Of a stretch of DNA of 64,000 nt, positions 41,837-51,274 are shown in pieces; positions within the stretch are counted from its first letter, which is position 1; every line of letters starts with the position of its first letter. A program made the position numbers and the translations under genes. The stretch comes from an uncultured delta proteobacterium. Its GTDB lineage: Bacteria; Myxococcota; Myxococcia; Myxococcales; Anaeromyxobacteraceae. The notes under the pieces were generated by a model. It did no database searches. It had not been told where the DNA came from and worked only from the letters and a program-made list of their open reading frames with translations. The DNA lies in NCBI GenBank assembly GCA_963828255.1, contig CAWHDZ010000012.1, positions 20,262-84,261 on the forward strand, read 5' to 3'.

Positions 41837-44167
41837 GTGGACGAACCCCTCGATCCGCGCCCCGGAGCGCGACCGACGCTCCGCCTGCCGGAGCGGGTGG
41901 CGGCATCGCTGCTGCTCGTCGGCGCGGCGGTGGCGACCGCCTTCCTGGCCATCCCCCTGGCCCGCCTCGAGATCCCGGGGGAGGAGGCCCTGGGGCTGCC
42001 CGCACCGGCCACCATCCGGGCCCCGCGCGACCTGGCCATCCCGGACGAGGAGGGGACCCTGCGAAGGCGCCGTGAGGCGGCCGCCGCCGAGCCCCGCGTC
42101 TTCGACAGCGACCTGGGCGCAGGCGCGGAGGTGGAGGCCCGGGTCCACGGCGCCTTCCAGCTCATGCGCGCCACCGAGGCCCGCTGGCAGGAGCGGCGCG
42201 GTGCGGGGCGCAAGGAGACCCGCGCCGAGCAGGCCGAGCTTCTCCGCGAGTTCGCAACCCGCCGGCACGACTTCGCCTCCCGGCTCCAGCTCCTGGTGGA
42301 CGACCCGAGCTTCGTGGCGCTCTCCGAGAGCCGCTTCGACGAGGGGACGGAGGCGAAGCTGCTCGCGCTGACCCGCCGCGGCCTGGCCGCGCCGGTGGTG
42401 GAGGACCGGTCGCTCCTCGCCGCCGACCGGGAGCGCGGCATCCGCATCCGCGACGTCCAGGGCGGGTCGGTCCGCGGGGAGCGCACGGTGCGGAACCTCG
42501 ACGGGCTCGGCGACCTGGCCGAGGCCCGCGCCGGCGTGGACCGCGAAGCCGGGGCGATGCCCGATACCCCCCCGCGCCTTCGCGACGCGCTGGCCAGCGT
42601 CGCCTCCGACCTCCTGCGCCCGTCGCTCGTGCTCTCGCAGGCCGAGACCGAGCGGCGCCGGTCGCTGGCCGAGGCGGCGGTCGCACCGGTGGTCGTCCCC
42701 ATCCGGCGCGGCGACGTCATCGTCCCCGCCGGCGAGCCGATCGAGCGGCGCCACCTGGCGCTCCTGCGCGGCATGAAGGAGCAGACCCGGCACTTCGACC
42801 GGGCCGCCATGCGGGTCGGCGCCGGGGTGCTGGTGGCGGCCACGCTCATCGTGCTCTGGGCGGCCGCGGCGCGGCTGGGCGGCACCATCCGCCCGCGCCG
42901 GCGAGGCGCCGTCCTCCTCTCCGCCCTCTACCTGGCCATGCTGGCGGCGGCGGCCGGCGGCGTTGCGCTCGCCGACCTGCTCCACGACCAGCTCGGAACC
43001 CTGGGCATCGAGCCCCTGTCGCTGCTCGTGCCGGTCCCGGCCGGCGCCGCGGTGGCGGCCATGCTGCTCTCCCCGGCGGCGGGCGTCCTGCTCGCCATCG
43101 CCGTGGGCTCGTCGGTCGGGCTCCTGGGCGGGCCGTCGGTCGTCCTGGGGATCCAGGTCACGCTGGCGTCGGTGGCCGCCGCGCTCCTCCTGGCCCGCGC
43201 CCAGCGGCGGCGCCACGTCTGGCGTGCCGGCCTCGCGGTGGGGGCGCTCCAGGCCGTGCTGGTGGCCGCCGCCTGGCTCTTCGCCGGGAGGGCCCGGTTC
43301 GAGGTCCCACCCCTCGAGCTGGTCGCGTCGCTGGTGGCGTCCTTCCTCTCCGGCGCCCTCATGCTGCCGCTCGCGGTGGTGATCCTGGTGCCGCTGCTGG
43401 AGCGGGTCCTGGGGCTGGCGAGCGACCTGCGGCTGCGCGACCTGGCGAGCCTGAACCACCCGGCCCTGAAGGAGCTCATCGTCCAGGCCCCCGGGACCTG
43501 GCACCACTCGGTGGTGGCGGGGTCGCTCGCCGAGGCGGCGGCCGGCGCCATCGGCGCCGATGCGCTGCTGGCCCGGGTGGGCGCCCACTACCACGACCTG
43601 GGGAAGGGGACCGACCCGGCCTCCTTCATCGAGAACACCCGCGGTGAGAACCGGCTGGCCGACCTCCCGCCGGCGACCGGCGCCGAGCGGGTGCGTCGCC
43701 ACGTGGACGACGGGGTCGCCGCCGCGCGCCGCTGGAAGCTGCCCCGGGCGGTGGTGGACATCGTGCAGCAGCACCACGGCACCCGGCTGGTCTCCTTCTT
43801 CTGGTCGAAGGAGCGCGGACCGGGCGACACCGCCGGCGTGCTCGACCCCTCCTTCCGCTACGGCGGTCCGCGCCCCCAGACCCGCGAGGCCGGGATCGTG
43901 ATGATCGCCGACGCCTGCGAGGCCTCCTCACGCGAGCTCCCCGAGGTCTCGCCGGAGCGGCTGCTCCACCTGGTGCGCCGGCGCATCTCCGAGATCGTGG
44001 ACGAGGGGCAGCTCGACGAGAGCGAGCTCACCATCGGCGACCTCGACGCCATCGCCCGCGCCATGGCCTCCTCCCTCGACGCCGTCTACCGGGCTCGATC
44101 GGCCGGCGCGTCACCGCCCCCGTCGCCGCCCGACCGCGCGGCGTCGCTCCAGCTCGTCCGGCCGTGA
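41837..44167 (+). CDS. 7TM-HD (HDIG) membrane phosphohydrolase, PgpH-like
   Basis: Extracellular domain, about 7 TM, APGTWHHS, YHDLGK, QHHGT, MIADACEA. Confidence 0.92.
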   Translation: MDEPLDPRPGARPTLRLPERVAASLLLVGAAVATAFLAIPLARLEIPGEEALGLPAPATIRAPRDLAIPDEEGTLRRRREAAAAEPRVFDSDLGAGAEVEARVHGAFQLMRATEARWQERRGAGRKETRAEQAELLREFATRRHDFASRLQLLVDDPSFVALSESRFDEGTEAKLLALTRRGLAAPVVEDRSLLAADRERGIRIRDVQGGSVRGERTVRNLDGLGDLAEARAGVDREAGAMPDTPPRLRDALASVASDLLRPSLVLSQAETERRRSLAEAAVAPVVVPIRRGDVIVPAGEPIERRHLALLRGMKEQTRHFDRAAMRVGAGVLVAATLIVLWAAAARLGGTIRPRRRGAVLLSALYLAMLAAAAGGVALADLLHDQLGTLGIEPLSLLVPVPAGAAVAAMLLSPAAGVLLAIAVGSSVGLLGGPSVVLGIQVTLASVAAALLLARAQRRRHVWRAGLAVGALQAVLVAAAWLFAGRARFEVPPLELVASLVASFLSGALMLPLAVVILVPLLERVLGLASDLRLRDLASLNHPALKELIVQAPGTWHHSVVAGSLAEAAAGAIGADALLARVGAHYHDLGKGTDPASFIENTRGENRLADLPPATGAERVRRHVDDGVAAARRWKLPRAVVDIVQQHHGTRLVSFFWSKERGPGDTAGVLDPSFRYGGPRPQTREAGIVMIADACEASSRELPEVSPERLLHLVRRRISEIVDEGQLDESELTIGDLDAIARAMASSLDAVYRARSAGASPPPSPPDRAASLQLVRP

Positions 44168-44652
44168 AGCTCGAGCTGCGCAGCGAGCACCCCTCGGGCG
44201 GAGCGGTGGCCCGCCGCGTTCGGTCCCGCGTCCGGACGGTGCTCTCCGCCCTGGGGCGCCCCGAGGCCGGCCTGTCCATCCTCCTCACCACCGACGGGCG
44301 GATCCGCACCCTGAACCGGCGCTGGCGCGAGGTGGACCACGCCACCGACGTGCTCTCCTTCCCGGCCGACGACCCGCCCGGAAGCGGCCCGCACCTGGGC
44401 GACCTGGCCGTCTCCCTCGACATCGCGTTGCGCAGGGCGCGCCGGGCCGGCCGCAGCCTGGGGGACGAGGTCGATCGCTACCTGGTCCACGGCATCCTCC
44501 ACCTCCTGGGCCACGACCACCTGCGCCCCGGCGAGGCGCGCGAGATGGCGCGGGTGGAGGACGAGCTGCTGGGACGGACGGGCATGGTGACCGAGTCCAC
44601 GGTGACCGGGTCCACGGTGACCGGGTCCACGGGAAGGCGCGCCGGGCGATGA
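44164..44652 (+). CDS. ybeY: rRNA maturation RNase YbeY
   Basis: LNRRWR..TDVLSF, HGILHLLGHDH. Confidence 0.95.
   Translation: MKLELRSEHPSGGAVARRVRSRVRTVLSALGRPEAGLSILLTTDGRIRTLNRRWREVDHATDVLSFPADDPPGSGPHLGDLAVSLDIALRRARRAGRSLGDEVDRYLVHGILHLLGHDHLRPGEAREMARVEDELLGRTGMVTESTVTGSTVTGSTGRRAGR
44586..44630 (+). repeat. 15-bp tandem repeat x3 at the ybeY 3' end
   Basis: GGTGACCGAGTCCAC GGTGACCGGGTCCAC GGTGACCGGGTCCAC. Confidence 0.9.
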
Positions 44653-46295
44653 GGGCCCGCGCCGGCCGGTTCGCGCTCGCCGCCCTGGGGGGGCTCCTCG
44701 AGGCGCTCTCCCTGCCGCTGGTGGTGCCGGGGCTCGGGCTCCGCCAGGTCAATCCCTCGGGATTCCTCGAGCCGCTCGCCTGGGTCGGCCTCGTGCCCGC
44801 GATCCTCGCCCTCCAGGCGGCCACGGGGCCCCTCGAGGCGGCGCTCCTCGGCCTCACCGCCGGCGCCGCCATGTTCTACGCGGCCATCTACTGGGTGAGC
44901 CACGCCATGACCGCCTTCGGCGGCCTCTCCCAGGGGGTGGCCTTCGTCGGTCTCTCGGCGCTGGTCCTCTACATGGCGGCCCACTGGGGCGCGGCCTTCT
45001 GGGCCTCCTCGATCGTCCGGCGCCGCACCGGCTGGCCGACATGGGCCCACCTCCCGGTGCTCTGGGTGGCCACCGAGTTCTCGCGCAACTACCTCTTCAC
45101 CGGATTCCCCTGGGGGAACCTGGGCTACACGCAGGTGCGCAACGGGCCGGTGGCGCAGCTCGCCTCGCTGGGCGGCGTCTACGCGGTGGCCGGGCTCGTG
45201 GTGCTCGTGAACTGCGTGGTCGCGGCCTGGTGGTCGAGCACCCGCGCCGGGGGAGGCGCCGCGCGGCCGTGGCGGGCCACCGCGGCGGCGGCGGCGGCCA
45301 TGGCATTCACCCTCGGATACGGAGCCTGGAACCTCTCCACGGTGCGTCGCGAGATGGCCGGTGCACCTCGGGTGAAGATCGGCCTGGTCCAGGCCAACGT
45401 GAGCCAGGAGGTGAAGAACCAGGGACCGCGCCACGCCGAGCGGATCGTGGGCCGGATGTGGCCGCTCACGCTCGAGGCCGACCGGCAGGGGGCGGCGCTG
45501 GTGGCCTGGCCCGAGGCCTCCTGGCCGCGGGCGCTCCCTCCCTCGCTTCCCGGGCTCCTCGCGGTGGCGCCCGACCTCGAGCCGCTCCAGGGCGCCCACC
45601 TGCTGCTGGGGGCCACCACGGTCCAGTGGATCCAGGGGCCGCAGGGGCGCGTCCCCCAGGTGGAGAACACCGCCTTCCTGCTCGGGCCCGACCTGCGCGT
45701 CCAGGACCGCTACGTGAAGCACCACCTCGTCCCCTTCGGGGAGTACGTCCCGCTGCGGGAGTGGCTGCCCTTCCTGCGCGCCGTGGTGCCGGCCATGGCG
45801 CCCATCGCGGCCGGGGGGCGGCTCGTCCCCATGTCCTTCGAGAGCGGCGGGCGCCGGATCTCCTTCGCCCCCATGATCTGCTTCGACGCCATCTTCCCCG
45901 AGGTGGCGCGCACCTTCGCGCGGGAGGACGTGGACTTCCTGCTGAACCCCACCAACGACGCCTGGTACGGCTACTCCTCCGGTCCCTACCAGTTCCTGGC
46001 CATCGTGCGCATGCGGGCCATCGAGACCGGACGGTCGGTGGCCCGGCCGGCCTACTCGGGCGTGAGCGCCCTCGTCTACCCCACCGGCGAGGTGGCCCCC
46101 GGCGCCCTCGAGGTCGGTCCGGTTGACCGGGAACTGGCCCCCGATCCCGACGAGCCGCCGCGCCTGCTCGTGGGGGAGATCCCCATCCTGAAGGGGCGCA
46201 CGCCCTACACCCGGTTCGGTGATATCTTCGCCTGGGGATGCGCCATCGCGTCGGTGCTCGTGCTCGGCGCCGCGATCCTCCGCCGACCCGCTTGA
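44649..46295 (+). CDS. lnt: Apolipoprotein N-acyltransferase
   Basis: TGFPWGNLGYTQ, WPEA, YVKHHLVPFGEY, ICFD, TNDAWY. Confidence 0.96.
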   Translation: MRARAGRFALAALGGLLEALSLPLVVPGLGLRQVNPSGFLEPLAWVGLVPAILALQAATGPLEAALLGLTAGAAMFYAAIYWVSHAMTAFGGLSQGVAFVGLSALVLYMAAHWGAAFWASSIVRRRTGWPTWAHLPVLWVATEFSRNYLFTGFPWGNLGYTQVRNGPVAQLASLGGVYAVAGLVVLVNCVVAAWWSSTRAGGGAARPWRATAAAAAAMAFTLGYGAWNLSTVRREMAGAPRVKIGLVQANVSQEVKNQGPRHAERIVGRMWPLTLEADRQGAALVAWPEASWPRALPPSLPGLLAVAPDLEPLQGAHLLLGATTVQWIQGPQGRVPQVENTAFLLGPDLRVQDRYVKHHLVPFGEYVPLREWLPFLRAVVPAMAPIAAGGRLVPMSFESGGRRISFAPMICFDAIFPEVARTFAREDVDFLLNPTNDAWYGYSSGPYQFLAIVRMRAIETGRSVARPAYSGVSALVYPTGEVAPGALEVGPVDRELAPDPDEPPRLLVGEIPILKGRTPYTRFGDIFAWGCAIASVLVLGAAILRRPA

Positions 46296-46321
46296 AGCCA
46301 GAGCCAGGAGAACCGACCGCC

Positions 46322-47441
46322 ATGCCGTCCCCGACCGCCGCCCGCCTCGACGAGATCTCCGCACGCCTGGAGGCGCTCCGGGGGTCGCTTTGACGTCGAG
46401 CGGAAGCGTTCCCGCGCCGCCGAGATCTCGCGCCTCTCCGAGGACCCGGGCTTCTGGGGCGAGAACCAGAAGGCCCAGGGGCTGCTGAAGGAGAAGGCGC
46501 AGCTCGAGGGGGCCGTCTCCGAGTTCGACCGGGCCTTCCAGGCCCTCGAGGACGGGCGCGCCCTCGACGAGCTGGCCGAGGAGGCCGCCGACGAGGCCAC
46601 CCGCGCCGAGGCCGCCGCCCACGCCGACGGGGTGGAGCGCCACGTGGCCGGGCTCGAGTTCCGGCGCATGCTCTCCGGGGAGCACGACCACGCCAACGCC
46701 ATCGTCGAGGTGAAGAGCGGGGCCGGCGGCGTGGAGGCCATGGACTGGGCCGCCATGCTCTACCGGATGTACGTCCGGTTCTGCGAGCGCAAGGGCTGGG
46801 AGGTCGAGCCCGCCGACATGGTGGCCGGCGAGGAGGCCGGCATCTCGTCGGCGTCCTTCATCGCCCGCGGACAGTGGGCCTACGGCTTCCTCCGGGCGGA
46901 GCGGGGAGTCCACCGGCTGGTGCGCATCAGCCCGTTCGATCAGAACGCCCGTCGCCAGACCAGCTTCGCCGCCGTGGACGTGACCCCCGAGATCGACGAC
47001 GACATCGTCATCGACATCAAGGAGGCCGACGTCCGCATCGACACCTACCGGTCGTCGGGGGCCGGTGGCCAGAAGGTGAACAAGACCGACTCGGCGGTCC
47101 GACTCACCCACATCCCCACCGGCATCGTGGTGGCGGTGCAGAACGAGCGCAGCCAGCAGAAGAACCGGGGCGTGGCCTGGAAGATCCTGCGCTCCCGGCT
47201 CTACGACCACGAGGAGCGCAAGCGGCAGGCGGTGCTCGACGCCGTGGAGGCCCAGAAGAAGGACATCGACTTCGGGTCGCAGATCCGCAGCTACGTGCTG
47301 CAGCCCTACCGGCTGGTGAAGGACCTGCGCACCGGCGTGGAGAGCGGCAAGGTGGACGACGTGCTCGACGGGGAGATCGAGGGGTTCATCGAGCCGTACC
47401 TGCTCGGCGTGCGCCGGACCGACCGGGCGGTGGACGAGTAG
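46322..47441 (+). CDS. prfB: Peptide chain release factor 2 (programmed +1 frameshift)
   Basis: GGGGG SD-like then CTT TGA C at 46388-46394; SPF and GGQ motifs downstream. Confidence 0.97.
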
Positions 47442-47464
47442 GGAGGAGGCGCCCTGCGGCGCCT

Positions 47465-48421
47465 CTACCCCCGCGTGTCCACCGCCGTGTAGATGATGGG
47501 CTGGCGCGCCTGGAGGAAGCGCTCGATCGCGTCCACCGACCAGCCCGGCAGCCCCTGGAGCCGGACGCCGCAGCCGGCCGGCTGCCTGCCGGTGGTGGCC
47601 GACTTGGACCGCAGGAAGGCCACCTCGCCGTCCAGCTCGAGCTTCCGGCCGTCGGCCAGCCCCAGCCGCACCTGGATGCGCGTCCCCACCGGCGGGGGCA
47701 TGGCGGTGGCGATGAAGACGCCGCCCGAGTCGATGCGGCGGGTGGAGCCCACGTAGAAGTTGTGCTCCGACACCAGGCTCACCGCCACCTCGACCCGCGT
47801 GCTGGCGGGCGGCGGGCGGCGCCGCTCCTCGATGAGCTCCTCGTCGATGAGCGACATGAGGTCCGGTGAGGGCCGGGCCGGCGCGCGCGGCGGTGGCTCG
47901 TCGGCCTCGGCGAGGGAGGGGGCGTTCCACGGGGGGCGCGGCGCGGAGGGCGGAGGGGAGGGCGGGGGACCGGCAGCCGGCGGCGGCGGGTGGATGACCG
48001 GCGCCCTGGGGCGCGGTGGATCCGGACGCACCGGAACCGCGCGCGCCGGCGCCGCGTCGGCGAGGGCGGAGGGCCGGGCGAGAAGCTCGTCGCGCGAGAG
48101 GGCGCGTTCCGCCCCGGCCACCGCGGCGAGCGGCTCGACCACCTCGCGCGAGGGCGCCACCATGACCACGCGGACCCCGGACCGGGCGGCGACCTGAGCG
48201 GCGGTGAGGGCCGCTCCCCAGGTGGCGTCGGGAGACGCCGGGAGGACCAGGACGAGCAGCAGCGGGGAGATCGCCCGCACCAGGGGCTCGAGCTCGGCCG
48301 GGCCGGGCGCGGTGAAGAGCTGCCAGCCCGCCTCCGCCGCCTGGGCGTGGAGCACCGCCGCGAGCTCGGGATCCGGGCTCACGACGAGGATGCGCGCGGA
48401 GCTGGCCGCGGCGAGGGTCAC
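47465..48421 (-). CDS. Receiver-like N-terminus, Pro-rich linker and TIGR02266/PilZ-like domain protein
   Basis: RILVVSPD N-terminus; VSLVSEHNFYVG...SGGVFIAT...GCGVRL C-terminus. Confidence 0.65.
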   Translation of the reverse strand: MTLAAASSARILVVSPDPELAAVLHAQAAEAGWQLFTAPGPAELEPLVRAISPLLLVLVLPASPDATWGAALTAAQVAARSGVRVVMVAPSREVVEPLAAVAGAERALSRDELLARPSALADAAPARAVPVRPDPPRPRAPVIHPPPPAAGPPPSPPPSAPRPPWNAPSLAEADEPPPRAPARPSPDLMSLIDEELIEERRRPPPASTRVEVAVSLVSEHNFYVGSTRRIDSGGVFIATAMPPPVGTRIQVRLGLADGRKLELDGEVAFLRSKSATTGRQPAGCGVRLQGLPGWSVDAIERFLQARQPIIYTAVDTRG

Positions 48422-49533
48422 GCGGGGCGGCCCCCGGACTCGATGAGGATCCGGCGCTCCAGATCGGCGCGGTTGGTGGCGCTGCCCAGCGCGGTGTCGA
48501 GCGAGATCCGGTGGGACTCGTGGAGCTTGTAGAGGTACTGGTCGAAGGAGTGCATGCCCAGGTCGGCGCCAGCCGTCTCCATGTAGGGCTTCAGCTCCTT
48601 GATGCGGTTCGCGTCGCGGATCATCTCGCGGACCGACGACGTGGCCAGCAGCGCCTCGACCGCCGGGATGAGCCCTGCCGTGTCGGCCCGCAGGAGGAGC
48701 CGCAGCGCAACCACCGCCTGGAGGTTGTCGGCCAGCCGCGCCCGGACCGTCTCCTGCTCGTCGGAGGGGAAGAGCCCCACCAGCCGCCCCATGGCGCGCG
48801 GGACGTCGGGGGTGTGCAGCGAGGTGATGACCAGGTGGCCGGTCTCGGCCGCCTTGAGGCAGATGTCGGCCGACTCCCGATCGCGCAGCTCCCCCACCAT
48901 GATCACGTCGGGATCCTGCCGCAGCGCCGCCCGCAGCGCGTCGGAGTAGCTCGCCGTGTCCGAGCCGACCTCGCGCTGGATGACCAGGCCGCGCCCCGAC
49001 GAGAAGATGAACTCGATGGGGTCCTCCACCGTGACCACGTGCAGCCGTTCCTGCTGGATGATGTGGTGGATGATGGCAGCGATGGTGGTGGACTTGCCGT
49101 TGCCGGTGGCCCCGCTCACCACCACCAGCCCCCGTCGCGCCTCGGCGACGGTGTTGACCACGGGGGGAAGGTTGAGCGTGGCGAAGTCCGGGACGGCGAA
49201 GGGGATGGTCCGCATCACCGCACCCCAGCTGCCGCGCTGCTTGAAGATGCTGGCGCGGAACCGGGAGACGCCGGGGAGCGAGTAGCTGCGGTCCACCTCG
49301 CGGAAGTCGAGGGGCCCGAAGCCGGAGCCCGGGGCCTGGAGGACGAAGTTGGCGATGGCCTCGGTGTCGGCGTGGCCGAGCGGCGGGACCTTCGCCGCCA
49401 GCAGCTCGCCGAAGACCCGGTAGGTGGGGGGATATCCCACCTCGAAGTGCACGTCGCTGGCCTGTCTTTTCACCGCCAGCTGCAGGAAGGAGTGGAACAT
49501 CTCCTCGCTCAAGGGACCCTGGGACGCTTCCAT
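48418..49533 (-). CDS. PilT/PilU family type IV pilus ATPase paralog
   Basis: ASDVH, GATGNGKSTT, TVEDPIE, LRQDPDVIMVGELRD, AAETGHL. Confidence 0.93.
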   Translation of the reverse strand: MEASQGPLSEEMFHSFLQLAVKRQASDVHFEVGYPPTYRVFGELLAAKVPPLGHADTEAIANFVLQAPGSGFGPLDFREVDRSYSLPGVSRFRASIFKQRGSWGAVMRTIPFAVPDFATLNLPPVVNTVAEARRGLVVVSGATGNGKSTTIAAIIHHIIQQERLHVVTVEDPIEFIFSSGRGLVIQREVGSDTASYSDALRAALRQDPDVIMVGELRDRESADICLKAAETGHLVITSLHTPDVPRAMGRLVGLFPSDEQETVRARLADNLQAVVALRLLLRADTAGLIPAVEALLATSSVREMIRDANRIKELKPYMETAGADLGMHSFDQYLYKLHESHRISLDTALGSATNRADLERRILIESGGRPA

Positions 49534-49592
49534 GCCGGCAGTCTAGCCCGCGAATGGTGGCGGGGGAATCTCGCGTGTGGTTGCATGGGTGG

Positions 49593-50519
49593 ATGCTCGC
49601 GTCGGTCGAGGAGGGCGCGCGGCTGCTGGAGGGGAAGGGGTACCTCCCGTCGCGCGAGATCGCCACGTCGGTCTTCCTGGCCGAGCGGCTGGAGAAGCCG
49701 CTGCTCGTGGAGGGGCCGGCCGGGGTCGGCAAGACCGAGCTCGCGGTGGCGCTGGCCGCCGCCACGGGCAGGAAGCTGCTCCGCCTGCAGTGCTACGAGG
49801 GGCTCGACGAGGCCAAGGCGGTCTACGAGTGGGAGTACGGCAAGCAGCTGCTCTACACCCAGATGCTGAAGGAGCGCATCGGCGAGGCACTCTCCGGGAC
49901 CCGCACCCTGTCCGAGGCGGCCGACCGGCTCGACGCCGAGGGCAACGTCTTCTTCCACGAGCGCTTCCTCCTGCCGCGCCCGGTGCTCCAGGCGGTCCTC
50001 TCCGACGTGCCGGTGCTGCTCCTCGTGGACGAGGTGGACAAGGCCAATCCCGAGTTCGAGGCCTTCCTCCTCGAGGTGCTGGCCGACCAGGCGGTGACCA
50101 TCCCCGAGCTCGGCACCATGCGGGCGCGCCACCCCCCGCGCCTGGTCCTCACCTCCAACGCCACCCGGGAGCTCTCCGACGCGCTCCGGCGCCGCTGCCT
50201 CCACCTCTTCATCGACTTCCCCACGCAGGAGCGCGAGCTCGCCATCGTCCGCTCCCGGGTCCCGGGCGTCCCGGAGGAGCTGTCGCGCCAGACGGTGGCC
50301 GCCGTGGCGGTCCTGCGCTCGATGGATCTCAGGAAGGCGCCCTCCATCTCCGAGACGCTCGACTGGATCCGCTCCCTCGTGCTCCTGCAGGCCCACGTGC
50401 TCGACGGACGGGTGGTCTCCGAGACCCTGAACGTCCTGCTCAAGCACGAGGCCGATCTGGCCGCGGCCCGCCCCCGTGCCGACGAGATCGCCCGGGGCGT
50501 CCTCCCGGTGAGGCGCTAG
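49593..50519 (+). CDS. MoxR/CoxD-like AAA+ ATPase
   Basis: EGPAGVGKTELA, RLQCYEGLD, LLVDEVDK, LSDALRRRC. Confidence 0.93.
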   Translation: MLASVEEGARLLEGKGYLPSREIATSVFLAERLEKPLLVEGPAGVGKTELAVALAAATGRKLLRLQCYEGLDEAKAVYEWEYGKQLLYTQMLKERIGEALSGTRTLSEAADRLDAEGNVFFHERFLLPRPVLQAVLSDVPVLLLVDEVDKANPEFEAFLLEVLADQAVTIPELGTMRARHPPRLVLTSNATRELSDALRRRCLHLFIDFPTQERELAIVRSRVPGVPEELSRQTVAAVAVLRSMDLRKAPSISETLDWIRSLVLLQAHVLDGRVVSETLNVLLKHEADLAAARPRADEIARGVLPVRR

Positions 50520-50525
50520 GAATCC

Positions 50526-51269
50526 ATGCCTGCACCCGCCATCCTGGCCGCCCGCATCCTCGGGGACCACAGGCATGGATTCACTACTCGTGAAGGAGGC
50601 GTCTCGCGAAGCGCCTTCGCGACCCTGAACTTCTCCACCACCGTGGGTGACGACCCGGCGCGGGTCCGGGAGAACTGGGAGCGGCTGCGCGCCGCCACCG
50701 GGCTCGACTTCGCCCGGGTCCGCCAGGTCCACGGCTGCCGCGTGGTCGACGCCGCCGCCGGCACCGAGCCGGCCGAGGAGGGAGACGCGGTGGCCACCGC
50801 CGCGCCCGGAGTGGCCGCCTGCGTCTCGGTGGCCGACTGCGTGCCGGTGCTGCTGGCCGATCCGCGGAGCGGCGCGGTGGCCGCGGTGCACGCAGGGTGG
50901 AGGGGGACCATCGACGGGGCGGCAGCGGCCGGGGTGAAGGCGCTCGTCGAGCGGCACGGCGCCCGTCCGGACGAGATGCTCGCGGCCATCGGCCCGGGAA
51001 TCGGCCCCTGCTGCTTCGAGGTGTCCCGGGATCTGGCGGCGCGGTTCCGGGACGAGGTCGGCCCGGTCACCGCAACCTCGCGAGATCAGGGCTCCCGTGT
51101 GGACCTCTGGCGGGCCAACGAGCTCCTCCTCCGGAAGGCCGGGCTCGCGCGGCGGCGCATCGAGACCCTGGGACGGTGCACCTCGTGTGAGGAAAGGACC
51201 TTCTTTTCCCACAGACGCGATCGGGGGTTGACGGGGAGGCACGTCGCCTTCATTTCCACCGTTTCTTGA
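50526..51269 (+). CDS. pgeF: Peptidoglycan editing factor / purine nucleoside phosphorylase (YfiH family)
   Basis: HGFTTREGGVS, QVHG, ADCVPVLL, HAGWRG, FFSHRR. Confidence 0.93.
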   Translation: MPAPAILAARILGDHRHGFTTREGGVSRSAFATLNFSTTVGDDPARVRENWERLRAATGLDFARVRQVHGCRVVDAAAGTEPAEEGDAVATAAPGVAACVSVADCVPVLLADPRSGAVAAVHAGWRGTIDGAAAAGVKALVERHGARPDEMLAAIGPGIGPCCFEVSRDLAARFRDEVGPVTATSRDQGSRVDLWRANELLLRKAGLARRRIETLGRCTSCEERTFFSHRRDRGLTGRHVAFISTVS

Positions 51270-51274
51270 CTGCC

